NCBI GenBank assembly: GCA_030704615.1
Contig: CM060733.1
Coordinates: 13,640,001 to 13,704,000 of the forward strand
Source of the DNA: Takakia lepidozioides
Lineage: Eukaryota; Plantae; Bryophyta
Length of the DNA: 64,000 nt
Direction of reading: 5' to 3'
The notes below the pieces were generated by a model, which had not been told where the DNA came from, did not search any database, and was given only the letters and a program-made list of their open reading frames with translations. Both the position numbers and the translations under genes were made by a program. Positions 12,700 to 26,377 of this stretch are shown here, piece after piece (positions within the stretch are counted from its first letter, which is position 1; every line of letters starts with the position of its first letter).

Positions 12700-13199
12700 N
12701 NNNNNNNNNNNNNNNNNNNNNNNNNNNNNNNNNNNNNNNNNNNNNNNNNNNNNNNNNNNNNNNNNNNNNNNNNNNNNNNNNNNNNNNNNNNNNNNNNNNN
12801 NNNNNNNNNNNNNNNNNNNNNNNNNNNNNNNNNNNNNNNNNNNNNNNNNNNNNNNNNNNNNNNNNNNNNNNNNNNNNNNNNNNNNNNNNNNNNNNNNNNN
12901 NNNNNNNNNNNNNNNNNNNNNNNNNNNNNNNNNNNNNNNNNNNNNNNNNNNNNNNNNNNNNNNNNNNNNNNNNNNNNNNNNNNNNNNNNNNNNNNNNNNN
13001 NNNNNNNNNNNNNNNNNNNNNNNNNNNNNNNNNNNNNNNNNNNNNNNNNNNNNNNNNNNNNNNNNNNNNNNNNNNNNNNNNNNNNNNNNNNNNNNNNNNN
13101 NNNNNNNNNNNNNNNNNNNNNNNNNNNNNNNNNNNNNNNNNNNNNNNNNNNNNNNNNNNNNNNNNNNNNNNNNNNNNNNNNNNNNNNNNNNNNNNNNNN
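12700..13199. other. Assembly gap (500 N)
   Basis: Run of n; the round size suggests a scaffolding placeholder. Confidence 1.
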
Positions 13200-13849
13200 T
13201 TGAATCTCTAGCTAGTTGGATCTCCCACACTTAGTACAACCCGTATTTTTTTGGTGGCAGACGATACTCAATTAGTTTTTATGTATGTTCATAGCGTGGT
13301 GTAGTTCGACTTACGAATGTGTGAGCATCATTGATTCCATGGATTGCCTTGTAGATTGATAAGCCGCGTATTTCTTAGTTTTTCAATAGTGTTGGATAGC
13401 TTCTTCATAACTTACTCTACTCTGTAAACACAGCTATGAGCAAGTAGTGAAATCAGTATTTCCAATAGGTTATGGCCAGTCCAAATGTTGATTTTTTTAA
13501 ACCACATTTCCAACGCTTCCAATTGGTGGCTGTACTAGGTTCAGTTTATTTGCAGTTACTTTACGCAAAAGAGCTTGGGACATTAGGGTTATAAATGTTC
13601 AAATTATGCTAACCACAACGTCAGAGTGTCAATTGTCACCATTACATATGCATAGATCTCTGGAGAAAGCTAAACTTGTACACGGGAGCATACATGTTGT
13701 ATTTCAGAGCAGACCCACATACACAATATTTACATTGAAAAGGTCATCATGTACGGCTGCAAATTATTGATTAGATGTCACTTGTAGCTGCCTCAGGATC
13801 CGACTTATTAGGGATTCAGGAAAGTTGAGTGTACATACGTGTCAGTCTG

Positions 13850-16800
13850 CTACGTTGAGTCCATAGTGGTCGGCTTGGAGGATCTGAAGCTTTTGGGCAC
13901 GGTGTAGACACGCAAATGGATAGATGCTGCAAACGCATCCACACTTTCCTTGCTGTAGGAGCTGGGTAGGAAATTGGTTTTGCATTCCCAGCCATGGTAA
14001 TGCAGTGCTGCCAGATCGTGAGCATGTGCTGCCATTATTTCATCATCTGCAGCACGAGGCATCAGGCGTTGTTAACATAATGGATTTTGAAAGACGCTAA
14101 ATTATATGATCGATCATGGTTGGGTTGTATGACAATATGGACTACATGAAAAAGTAGTTAGCGGTCTCAAAACGCATGTCACCTGGGTACATTTTACATT
14201 GTGTCCACCTTCCAAACGAGGTAGTAGTCTTTGGGTGAAGTGACATCACCAATAGAGTTTAGGGCCTAGGCTTACTATAACTGTAGGACTGTCTCTGAAG
14301 CTAAGCGTGATAGAAACCAATTGATGGATTGGGGGTACGGTCACACATCCAGCTCTTCCTATGTTACTAGACTTCTTGCAACAACATTAGAAATTAAGTT
14401 ACAAGTTCATTTGTTAAACTCACCATATACTCCCAAATACACGTCCACTTTTGCTTTAGCTTCCGACATGTATGCCACTCTTGCTTCCCATTTACATCGG
14501 TTCCTGGTAATTCAGATAGCACAACCAATGGAGTTAGTTTAGTCATTCATAGCCCCAGGATTAAACCATCAATCCCATGGATTGATGAGAAGACTGGACA
14601 TAGATGAGACATAGATCCGTATCTAAGCTGGGCTTGAGGCCAAAAATCATTTGATGTAATTGCCCTCAACATTGCCACACTTTAGAGGAGGAGGTGAGAT
14701 ATTTTCTCATGAGTACTGATTCAATGATTCCCAGTTGAACACATATTAAGTGAACATTAGGAAACACTGCCATTTTTCAGCTTAAGCGAGGAGCAATGCA
14801 CAGTCAGAATGTGCGTACTTGTACACGCCTGTGAATCGTGAAGACCCACGGGAGAATCCTTGAGAGTTCCTGTTGATGAGCACATAATTATATCTATGAG
14901 TTCTACAGCATGTGTCGGAATTCCAAATTGCCTTTTCAACGTTCCATTAGATTGCATATTCCATGCAATAAATTATCCACAAATGTCTTCTGAAGTTTTT
15001 GCAGCCGTTAAAGTTATGATTAATTCCTTAACAAGTGAGCCCATGGATTGGATCAGTCAGATAGCACCATTATTGCGCCCACTGTGTCCTTACTCAGGGA
15101 ATTGTTTCTCATGGTCAGAGAAGTGATCACCTCTTCAAATACCAGATGTAATCCTCGGTGTTGACATTTTTCATTTGTACCAAGTCCTCCTCGTAGTTAC
15201 AGATCTGCGACGCAGTCTAAAGTCATCTTACAAGCAATGATGAGTTGCCAATGAGATCCATACATAGTACGTCGTGCACCGATGATCCAGGTTTAACCAA
15301 TTATGGAGAAATATCAGGAGCGATTTCAGGCAATAGGAGTGCTAGAAAATCAAATCGTTGTTCACGGTGTATGGTGACTAATTACATGCATGCTAGGTCC
15401 ACACTATCTAAACAGGGGTTTCAGCCTCACAGGGAAGTTGAGTTTGTACGGTCTCTTTCTCTTCAGATGAAGCTTAAGCTTCAATGCTGCGCGATCGTGT
15501 ACCCTGGCAGCTTCCACTTCCGAAAAGTAATGACCTGAGATGCAGACGAGAATGAAGGGAAGGTGACATCAAGACAATAATTATTGCATACACTGTCATG
15601 AGGTGCTGAAAAGCATCTGCACGAATTACAAAAACTACATTATGCTCGTCAGAACAAAGATCTATTCTGAGCTGTTCAAGTACACTAGCGAGGCTGCATG
15701 AGCAAGAAGATGACGATCATGCAGTATATTCACTAATGCAAGATGTTAGAACTTGGTCTCACCACAATATTCTGCTTGAAGCGAAAGATTGAGTTGGAGT
15801 TCGTTTCAGCACCAAATCACAAAAATTCGGTCCATATCGCGCCCAGTTGACAGCACAAGCAGATCAAGCAAATGAGCATGTCAAATTATTATCTTTAGAA
15901 CAACCGTACATATTTATGCGAATCTGGGTTGCCCACGGATGAAACCAGGTTGAATAGGTCTAGGTTAATTACTTCCACACCGTGCTTTCATTAATCACAC
16001 GTCTAACAATGTTTTCATACAAGATCGCTCGAGTTGGAAATCCACTATGGACCTCCGCTATGGACAGAAGTAGAATTCAAGTAAGAAATGATTGAATTTC
16101 ACCCCGTGGTCTACAATGCTACTGAAAGCTGTACTCATGAATTCAACTGGGATTGGTTAAATTATGAGTGTAATGTCGTAAAATCTGGAAATTCTTTGCT
16201 AGACTGGAGATTGTGAGCTGTAAATTACCTTGTTTACCCTTCTTCGCCCTGTTTTCAACTTGGGCATCGCCGTTCCAAATATGTGCCTCATACAATCCTG
16301 ATTTGACGTGCCTGCGGATAGGTGCAGACCGGTGTTCTCAGTATCTTGTGAAGGGAGCCCGGAGCATGCAAGACAGAGTTCAATAGCCGAAGATGAGTCA
16401 ATGCTGGTCTAATGAGGAATAACTTACGGAGTCACCCCCTTGTATTTTGATTTCTTTCTTTGAGCTGATAGAGCTGCAGGCTGAGTCGCTCCCTCGTATT
16501 TTGACGTCTTTTTTACCTTCGATTTGTGAACAGGCTGAGTCACCCCCTTGTGTTTTGATGTCTTTCGTTTTTTGGATCTAGGAGCTGCTTGAGAAGACTG
16601 AGGTGAAGCGCAATGCAGGTGTTCCAACTTTGAAGCGAGGGTTGAATTGGCCATCATTGCATCGTTCGAGGGATCCATGATCATCCCTTCCAGCCAGGCT
16701 GCATCAAGGTGTTGTACCGGCTCGTCACTTCCGGCCTCTCCGGCCTCTCTGGTCAGGTTTCCTGCAACAGCGGACGAGTCGACTCGCCGGAATGGTCCAG

Positions 16801-17116
16801 CAGAGTCCTTAATCTTCGACTCATGAAGAGTGAGGAGTTGGCCGCTGGCATCTGTCTGTTCGAAAGCAATTCCAGTCTTGTGGCACCCAGGTCCAGCTAC
16901 AAGCAAAGGTAAGCTGGAAGGAAGCTCATGAGCACACATTTCGTCCTCCATTTGCAGATCTCTTTCCTTGAGGCTTGAGACCCAATCCATGTTGTCGTCC
17001 AGAGGAAACATATCCCCAAGTGTCGACGCCATATACTTCCACTGACTCGCTTCAGGTACCATCCAGTCTTTCAGCGCTTGTTCAATCTCATCAGACAGCT
17101 GGTAAGAACTAGCCAT
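13850..17116 (-). CDS. Double-AP2-domain transcription factor of the ANT/AIL/WRINKLED lineage, divergent; ~428 aa from ATG 17116, further 5' exons possible up to 17704
   Basis: Manually spliced GT-AG exons 17116-16428, 16311-16229 (83 nt), 15771-15763 (9), 15534-15431 (104), 15204-15131 (74), 14869-14819 (51), 14503-14424 (80) and 14046-13850 give one open 1287-nt frame. R1: SKYKGVTPHVKSGLYEAHIWNG...KKGKQEYCGHYFSEVEAARVHDRAALK...LNFP. Linker: ICNYEEDLVQMKN...LKRNSQGFSRGSS. R2: RFTGVYK...WEARV...VYLGVYDDEIMAAHAHDLAALHYHG...TNF. Confidence 0.9.
15763..15771 (-). other. 9-nt microexon of the AP2 gene, encoding E-Y-C at the canonical V-Y-L position
   Basis: gcag|AATATTGTG|gtgag on the minus strand; supplies the three residues otherwise missing between KGKQ and G; identical in the duplicate at 58529-58537. 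Confidence 0.85.
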
Positions 17117-18707
17117 TTCCTGGTAACAGTCCTGACGATTCTATGGACGTTGCAGATATTAACTAGAATTAATGAATTTCTTCAAACTTATGTACACAGG
17201 TGTTTGAGCAAAGCTCTGACTTCAACTTAGCTAGATTGCGTTCATGAGTGAACGTACTGCAGTCCGAGCAGGCTGAAAGTTTCTAGTAAAAGAAGAGGGA
17301 GGAGACCAGCGACTGATTGCAATGAACTTCAACAAAACTGATCGAATCTACATAGACAAAGTAAGAGCCAGCCCACACGATATGAACTAGCCGAGCATAA
17401 CAGAGATCAGTTTGGTATCCAGAAGCGACTGTGTGAGGATGGGAATATAAGCGAGCAGCGACCCCCTCTTGCAATCGCCGTCGCCGTCTCCATTGCCATC
17501 GCCCTCCCCACGAGGCACTGTCGGGGAGTTTCGCCGCGGCACACGGGATTGTCTGCTCACCGTTCGATTGTCGAAATAGCGTCCAGATTGTCTCAGGGAA
17601 ACTCTTGATTTTCCTTGACCGTCCGATATTTTTAATCGACGATGGATATCGCTAGGTCTGGGGAGGGAAGTTCGGGAAGCAGTGGGTGGCGTCTGTTTCG
17701 CCATCCGACGCGCTTGGGCGCAGTTTAGAGAATGTATCGACTTGCTGAGCGGAGACTTGAGAGACTGAGTTGCGGGTTACTTGTGCATCAGCTGAAATGT
17801 GCATGTCGTTCAGCCCGGCTAGTGAGTGTCACTGATAGTTTGCTGTCTTAACAATATCGAGCAAGGACATGCAGATCACCACGGCGTTGTGAGAATGAGG
17901 GACAGTATTTTGCTGCAATTCATACTGAGTTGCTTAGGGAGTGAGAAGATACACAGCATGTTGAACGGTCCAGTACTGATGGGTAGGCGAACAATATCCG
18001 AAGGTCGCTATTAGGTGATAAGCATTCGTATTATCGAGAACATAGGCCACAATATGATCTGTAGTTGCTGAAAGATAAATGAAGAAGTACATCTTCCGAA
18101 CAGAAAAATCTTGTGCTGAAATCAACTTGAGGTGATACAGGATGTCGCGGACGCTTGGATACATGCAATCACAGCACGCTTCCAGACTAAAAGGGGTGTT
18201 TTGGTGTCTAAGTTTTATCTTCCGCTACAGCTTAGGCTGGGTTCCATGGAAATGGTGAGAATGAACCTTGACAGGGCAACGTGGTGAGGCCTTCGTTTGG
18301 CTAGGCGGATTCTCAAACTATATGAAGGACCAAGCTGGTGACATTCTAGTCTGCTTCATGCACTAACATGCTCTCATAGCCTCAGATCCATTTCTTTTTT
18401 CCTGCCTAGAGATTGTATGATGGAGATTCATGCTTGAGAGTGATTCATGTTGGAGTTAGAAGTACGATTGTCTTGTGGATTAGAGAGTCCGGGAGATGGG
18501 AGATGGGGACTAGTCAATGCTCAACATGGGGTGGAGGAGTCGGCAATGGACAATGGGAGTGGTATAGAGGTCAAAATTAGTGTCAGTGCACTATTGTATA
18601 TTGTCATCGTGGGGCTGTATTCTCTACAGAAACACTAGAACATAATCTGTGCTGCTTGTGATCTCTTCTACTCGTTGCTTGCTGGGCAGACCAAGTTGAA
18701 TCAGGAA

Positions 18708-18855
18708 GGTTTTACATGTGGAAATGAAGGTATGTGAGGTTCCCTTCTTTTGAACAAGGGGAGATTTCTAGGAGATTTAAGGTTTTACATGTGGAAATGA
18801 AGATATGTGAGGTTCCCTTCTTTTGAACAAGGGGAGATTTCTAGGAGATTTAAGG
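18708..18855. repeat. Tandem duplication of a ~72-bp unit
   Basis: AGGTTTTACATGTGGAAATGAAG...TCTAGGAGATTTA present twice. Confidence 0.9.
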
Positions 18856-19249
18856 CTTTCCCTGAAAACAAATCGGCCCTTGTGGGAAAGTTGGATTTCT
18901 TATACAGACGCTAGGGAAATCTCCATGATAGATCACCACTATAATCAGGGAATGTTGTAATTCTGTGGGGAAGTTTACAAGGAAATCGGTAGGTTGTGCA
19001 GGGAACCTTGGATTTTAGGGCAAAATCCATAATTCCTGCATCCGTCGACGCTTGAGTACAGTCTACGAATTCCGTTTGCTTGCTCTGGCTTCCGCTTTGG
19101 CCAACTGCTTCTTTCTTGTCCACAAATGCGGCGAACCTCACAGACAATTGACAATCCTGTAGGCCACCGTTCCTTAGAACGCTGTGTGGCGTTACAAACC
19201 GTTTCAATGGTTATCGAAAAACTTGGAGATTTTCTGAATTGAGAGTGTA

Positions 19250-20350
19250 CCGTATAGGGGACGCGCTGCAAGCCATTGATCTGGGAGCATGGAATCAGAG
19301 CACCCCTAATCTGGTAGGATGGTCATCCTCACACATTTTTCCTTGCTCAGATATGTATCTCAATGGGCGAAGGGTACTTTCCCTGAATGTACCAAGGGTA
19401 AATATTAGCGACTCAGATTCCTGTGATGTTGGCCTGTAAGATCACTCCCCGTCCCATTGCTTTCTCCAGAAAAGGAATTTCAGCTTTGGAGTTTGATACT
19501 TTAGTCAGTTGATCATGATGTGAAATTGGCTTTGCCCACTAACCTTGTTAACCATCTGACAGCTACTGATCAGACATTTTGAGCTATTTCATGAAGAAGA
19601 ATTCATCTTCTCCAATGTTACACTACCCATAGTACCAGAAATCTCACATGCAATTCCAAGTCTTTCATGATCAAAATTCCAAGTTCTCGTGAATTAGCTC
19701 TCAATAGCAATATATATATAAGCCTGACTTCATCATCAGGTACTGAACATGTCAAGCTTCTTCAAGTTTAAACATCTTTATGCCAACAACCCGTCTATTT
19801 AGTGCCAATGGGTAATAACCATGTAACCAGCCAACCTAGAAATGATCTCTAAATAGCTAAGATTCAATTTCCCAGTACTGCTAATGGGTTACAGCACCTG
19901 ATAGACAATTCTCATGAGGACTGCAGAATACAGTGTAGCGATACGTTTGCCTGCAGAAGTAATCCAGGTAATCCAGGGCATTCTGGTCCCCTTCCTAAGG
20001 AGCTTGGCCAATTGACAAACTTGCATGTTTTGTAAGCTGCCCATAAAGGATCATAAATTTGTGTAATGCTTGTTGAACATACTTATGTGAAGACATTATG
20101 CCCTACAATGCAGTGTACACTTTTACCAGACTACTGATCTCCGTGGACAATCCACGTTTCTTCTGTAGACATTTTAGGTAGGTTGTTAGGTTTGGATCAT
20201 GACGTAAACCGTTCATACTTGCTGCAACTGAAGTATCCACATTTGATTAAGTTTCTACTATATTTTTGTGAATATGCATCTTATTACAAGTTGGTTACTC
20301 AAGGAGGCTTGGCGATGATAATTTCAGTGGGAGCATTCCGGAGGAGCTTA
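19250..20350 (+). pseudogene. Relic exons of an LRR receptor-like gene
   Basis: LRRNT-like DALQAI..AW...NLVGWSS...PC...RVLSL; single-LRR exon ag|...SGPLPKELGQLTNLHVL|gtaag (~19957-20031); NFSGSIPEEL at ~20318. Confidence 0.55.
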
Positions 20351-22689
20351 CACACGTCTCAAGTCTTGGGGAGCTACAGTTGAGATGTCATTTAACATAA
20401 CTACAGCCAACTCTGAATTACAGATATACTTAGTACCGCCAGCCACATGATAGTGAATACAAATATATTGTTACGAATCTTAGAGAACTGTTAGAAGTTG
20501 AACAAGAATGCACATGTAAGGAAATGTCAGCAAAACAGACGATATTTGCTTCTCTTATTAGACCACACAGGAAGGAAGGAAGGTACAGATCTGGCTTTAG
20601 TCAATTCCTATGTGAAAGTTAATCCATGAATTTGTTGTCGAGGGGAAATGTTGGCAAAGGAAGTCCAGTTGTTAGTCCTGGAACTCGTCCGAATCATATT
20701 AGAAAATGCTCCTGAAGATATGGAACGTCATAAACATCCATATTATAGAAAAACTCCCTGTGACACGTTCTTCTACACAGATGAACCGTACATCCATAGA
20801 TATTGGTCCACTCGACACAAGCAATCATCTCCATCCGATCAATCGAGATGCGCATCGTCCATGATGAGATGAGATGCATTCATTTTTATCAACATGGGAC
20901 TTGAAAAAAAGAAGTTATACTGTCCAGAGTGATCAGTGGATACATCGTATATACATGACGTGCCTGCTAAAGTTAAATAAGCAGCAAGCAGTTTCATACC
21001 ATGCTTCGATTGGTCACTGCACTACATCCAAAAATTTGTCACATGCAGATCAAATGGTTTTGCCGCGCTTAGGAGGAAAGAAGGAATTTTAATACTTCTG
21101 CCATTCAAAGATTTTTCCAGCATCTTCTCGAGTGTTGAAAGGAGGACACGCTTCAAATCAAAAACATATTTAGCCCATGCTTTCTCCAGTTCAATATCAT
21201 CTCCTGCGGGGTAACTTTGTTCTGAGACATTACTTGGTTCTATAACAGGAGGTTCAGAGCTGACCCAAAGGAAGAAAACACTTCCGGTATCACCTTCATA
21301 TACATATCTCCTGCAACACCTCAAAACAACTCTCGAATTATGTTTAGGCTTCATGTATTATTAGCAAGGAAAGGAGAGGAAAGGAAAGGACACTATATAA
21401 TCGAGCGCCCAGCCAGCATACAAATCTGCGCAGGGTTACCGCACGGATGTCTTGACAGAGAGGAACCATCAGAGTAACTATGACAATAAAGCCCATCATG
21501 TCGGCAGGTCCTTGTAATCCAATTGTCCTCCCTCTGTGCTGATGTTCTCATCATGCGGTTCTCTTTTTCCTGTCCCTGTCCATATGGTCCATGTGTCTGA
21601 TGTTGCTGGGAGTTTATTCTGGCGGCTCTAAATTGAACATGCACTCAGAAGTAGTGATTGAGGTAGATACTTCTAGTTTTCAACGGGGCATTGGTACAGC
21701 TATCCAGGGGATCAGGTTTCGTCCCTCAAATGAAGCCTTCAAGAATCCATTGTCACATCTTCAAGGATATGGTCACTTGAACGCATTCTTGCGAACAGGA
21801 ACTTGACCCGTGCACATTACCCCTAGAACATTTGTTCCCTTCCAAAGCTAGCTGCCACAACACAGTTTCATCTGAATGCCATTCACTTAGCCAACGACCA
21901 AGTTTGACTGAACAATCGCAACACACCCACGACAGGAGTACTCACCAACCTACAGCGCATTGGACTGAAATCTCTCAACCAGACGCTTCAAAACAGCACA
22001 AGACCCTCACTTCAGGACTCGTCTGCACACTCACACAACACTCTCTCAATCCCCACACCTCCACGCACTCCACGACGAGCCACCTACCTTCCTCATACCT
22101 GATGACAAAGCTAACCTGGCAGACCAGCACACAAGGCGCCGCACTCCAGACAGAGAAGAGATGACAGAAAGGAATTAGGGTAACCGGGCTTCTTATAGGG
22201 CACCTAATAAGCACCATTCCCAGTGCTACTTTAGGAGGCAAGGGAGGTATCCCTTGATCCCAATTTCAAGGTCCTAACCCCCAAACCCTCAACCATATTA
22301 TTGGGGGGTGGAGGAGGGCCAGCAGGGATGGAATTCTAGGATTTTGTGTTGTTTTTGTTTTTCTTTTCTACAGGGGACATTGGCCCTGAGCTTAACTTCA
22401 TTGGCTCCTCTTTGTAGAAGAGAGACTGTGCAACATGTTGAAGAGAAAATGCGGTCAAAAGGACCTTACACACAGCGTCAAGGCTTGGATTGCTCGGGTT
22501 GGTGTGTTTCTAGTCATGTTCCTTCCACCTCATGTATTTGTGAACGGGGTGTACCAGCATGTACTTACCTCTGACCCAGCCACATGAGAAGCAGAAGCTG
22601 GACTGGGCTGGTGATTTAAGTTCTAATTTCTTTTAAGTGGTCTTCGGTTTCTTAATTTTCAGTCTTAGTTTTTGGCTGGAATCAGGCTC

Positions 22690-24555
22690 TAGCTTTATAG
22701 CTTCAGAGGCACCGACCATCTCATCCATTGTTCTCTCCTCAACTTTGGAGGATTTCCACCCATCCTTCTCTTTTTGACGCTGACCTTTCTCTTCTCGACG
22801 CTTGCGCTTCCTCTCCTGGTAATCAGGATCACTGTGCTTGTCATGTTTTTTCCTCTTCTATTCCTTACGTTCTTTCCTAACCTGCTCCCCATCCCTAGGC
22901 TCCTGCATATCCTCCTCCTTACTGGAGAGCCGTCTGCATGGACTTCCTTGTGCTAACTAAGGGGACTTCCATCCACAACCTCCAGCTTTACCCCCTCTTT
23001 GACTGATGCTGGAGAGTTGGGAACAATAGGTTCTGCAGCTACAGCCACAGCTCCAGTTGAGATTTCCATGGATTGGCCCACATCCTCACCTGCACACAGT
23101 TGGTTGGTAATTAGCAAATAATCATCCAAAAATGTAGGGGGGATATAAATCATCTAGTCATCATGTTAGGGTTTTGCTATGAATTCCTCTTTGAGTGGGT
23201 TGCATAGTGAGCTAGGAACCATCTAAACATATCTTATACCCCAGACATTGTAACAGAAAATGGATAGTCTTCAAGCCACCCGCACATTGGGCACTGACAA
23301 TCTCCCTTTCCTCTCTGCATCTGTTCATTGTTCAAAGGTAGACTGCTCGTCCTGAGTTTAAATTTCAGTCTAGTGCCAAGGGTAGGTAGGCCCTTCAGAT
23401 CCTAAGGTCCTCACCCATGTCAGAGAGAGGGAAAATGTACTCATAAGATGCAGTTTAGCCTTGTAGCCATAGACCCTGAGCACAGTTTGTAGCATGGCTT
23501 GTCATTGAGAGAGAGAGAGAGAGATAGGGAAGAGAAGGTGGTAAAACAGGCCAAATTGATGCATTGAAGACAATTTGACATGGGAAAAACCTAAACCCTC
23601 TTGGGCTGATGAAGAGGAAGGCTTGAGCCGCAGTCTAACCTTGCCCACTCTTTGTTCATCCATATCTCGTTCCCACCTGAAACTTCCACTCTCAGCACGC
23701 TCTGAATTGTCTTGCGATACATTTGCACGCACAGGGACCAGTCGAAGGCGCAAAGGCTCAATATGGGGTGGGGCAGGGGCATCTGCCATCCGCTGAATGC
23801 GAACTTTTAACGGCCCTGGTTTTGGTTTAACACTAGAAATAGCATTTTTTTCTTGAGTTGGGTGGCTTGCTGTGGTATTCATGACTAAGCGGTACAAGGA
23901 CGCTGACCTGTAATACAGAAGTAAATATCAATTCTTGTAGCTTTATTAGTAAATTGTCAACTGGAAGAGACCACAGACTTCCCACCACCTAAGTACCTTC
24001 AAGGACATGGCACACAAAAACCTTGGATGTAACAAGACTTTGTCATTGGAATACTTCAACATATAGTCGCACCTGCCAGCTAGGACTTGCAGTAGTGCAA
24101 ATGTGTGGTGGCGAAGCAGCACATTATGGAAGGCCTGGCTGCTCTCTAGTAGGTCCATAAGGCTTCCAATAACAGAGCTGCCTTTCGCTTTAATAATGCC
24201 AAGCTGTACCGCATGATCCGTCACCCTGCTTTGAACTGCATTCAAGGTAAAAGCTGTGTTTAAGAGTGTGTATGTACGTCACTCTAAGACTTTTAAGAGC
24301 GGCAACAATATTCAAAGCAGAGGCATGGCAGTGGCAGGCCAAGTTGGCAAAGTCTGCACAGTTCAAACATACACTGTGACTTACCCTCAAAAGAAGGATC
24401 TGTGTTAATGTAGCGTATTGCAAGGCCCAGGGCTGCTTCTAAGCCTTTTGATTGGGCTTCCAAGTCCACCAGAGCTTCCAATGCTGCCAACCGCACTTGC
24501 CACAGTGTTGTTTGGGCCTCTTTCAATGGCTGCAATAGCTGCCCAATCCGTTCCT
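22690..24555 (-). pseudogene. TAF2: 3' fragment of TFIID subunit TAF2, decayed
   Basis: WQVRLAALEALVDLE...GLEAALGLAIRYINTDPS and LLESSQAFHNVLLRHHTFALLQVLAGR match the plant TAF2 C-terminal region as I recall it. Lys/Arg-rich tail KRKKHDKHSDPDYQRKRKRREEK with an in-frame stop ~22858. No recognisable 5' exons. Confidence 0.65.
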
Positions 24556-25367
24556 GGTCTCAAGCACGGTTGAAGAGGAGGGCAAGGCCTCTAGGATCGC
24601 CACCATAATAAATTAGTTCGTTGACAATTCCATCACACCCACCGGCTTTGTAGCACTTTAGAAGTTCTAGTGCTTCAGGGATCTCAGAAGAACAAATGGT
24701 TGTATCTCTTTATAATATACTCCAGAACAATTGTACCTTGCATTCTTTATAAAACCCCTCACCATTAGAGTTAGATTCACGTCCAAGAAGGCTGTAGTAT
24801 CATTGATATTACGGCAGTCCTTGTAAAGCGGCCAGCTATCAATGTGAAAGAGATCTGAAATACTTTATAACGTCCGCAGAAAGCTCAAAGAGCTCATGGG
24901 AGAAGGTTAGACAGAGAAATGAAATGACATGGTAGAAAGTAAGCAGCTTCGTACTGACAGAAGAGATCTGTAAGCTCAATGAAAAGCCCAAAGAGCTTAT
25001 GTGATAGTAGCACATAACAACTGTATATAACATGAGAGGCAAATCATTCCATAAAGACTGAGAGACATAGGTAAGCTCAGAAGTACTACTAAGAAAGTGT
25101 GAGAGGGACTACATGAGGATTACTCAGCCACGCTGAGTTTGTCAGGGTTGTATATTCAGGTCTAAACTTTGTACAGGTTGCCCAGGGTTTCTACTTTTGC
25201 TTGCTAATTAAATAATTTTCTAACGACACAGAAAAATGCCCAGTGCTCATGCACGCGAATTGTGCACAAGGCCCAAGAATGCTAAAAGTTGAGGCAGCTT
25301 AGGGAATTCCAAAAAGGCCTTGATGTGAAATGCATCGCAATTCACTTGATCACCCCCCTAAAAGTGC

Positions 25368-25530
25368 GCAATTCAATTGAATTGCAAAAAGCAGCTTGAA
25401 AAGAACCCTAACTTGCAATTCAATTGAATTGTCGGTACACAATTCAATTGAACTGCGAATTCACAATTCAATTGAATTGTAGTCTACAATTCAAGTGAAT
25501 TGCGAAATGACAATTCAATTGAATTGCAAA
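25368..25530. repeat. Subterminal array of the 16-bp palindrome CAATTCAATTGAATTG
   Basis: About 6 copies here; further clusters at 37465-37577 and 38370-38556. Confidence 0.9.
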
Positions 25531-26377
25531 CTATAAATTTTTACGATATAACATATATCATGTATATGTATATGTATATGCATTGTATACACATATACAT
25601 ATGAGAGTATAAGCTGAATATACTGCCCGTCTATTCCTGCAGCCCATCCATCCTTTGCTTGTGGTAAGGCCTAAGTCACGAGATGAGTCGCGTAGCCTAA
25701 CGGAGAGAGATGAGAGAGAGAGAGCGAGAGCGAGGGAAAGGGAGAGAGAAATGAAGTGATGAAGGGTTTTTAGGGCAGAGGTGCCCTAAAAGTGAAAGGA
25801 TCAAATCAGTTGGAGGACGAGAAGTAGCGAGAGAAGAATGCAACAACAAAAGATTTGTGGAGCGGTGGTGGAGCGGTGGTGGCGCTATGTATTATGGAAG
25901 CCTTCTTGGATCACCAAATGACAAGATCTGCCCATGAGTAAGCACATTCCCATACTGGCATGAGTCCCCCCAATCATTGATAAAGATATCATTTTAGCTA
26001 AAGTTGTACTTCTTGTGTACGTGCAGGTGACTCATGAGCTTTGAGGAGAGAACTTTAGGGGTAGTAGAGTGGGTTACCAAACGCTCCTCAACACACACAC
26101 TGAAAGAAAGAGCTTGATCACATGGTTTGTCTTCAACCCGCCCACACTGTGTACTGTGGTTTGCTAATACATTTTAGGATAGAGTAGTTGTTGTTTCAAA
26201 GTACATTTGGTTCATCTACTTGATAGCCTATGTGAACTTTAGTGACGTAAGTCCTATGGGGAGTGTGTGAGTGGATGCAGTGACTACAGAATTAACAGCA
26301 AACAATTACAACAAGGGCAAGGTCGAAGGGCACTGGCATTGGGGCTATTAAGCAGAGATAAGACAGATCATGTGAGC

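Larger units (their letters stand above)
13520..19225 (+). repeat. Segmental duplication copy 1 (AP2 locus plus upstream region)
   Basis: Collinear high-identity match to 56378-62540, starting at GTGGCTGTACTAGGTTCAGTTTATTTGCAG. Confidence 0.95.

Noticed and set aside
12298-13230. ORFs spanning the N run and the palindromic array
   Set aside because: Artefacts of the gap and the GC-rich repeats.
17387-17704. Independent gene or definite first AP2 exon
   Set aside because: Open in both copies, but I could not establish a splice path to the acceptor at 17141; left as possible only.
20640-21830. Short ORFs on both strands
   Set aside because: No recognisable motifs and multiple stops.
21830-22330. 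Possible solo LTR
   Set aside because: The composition is suggestive, but no TG...CA ends with a target-site duplication could be fixed.
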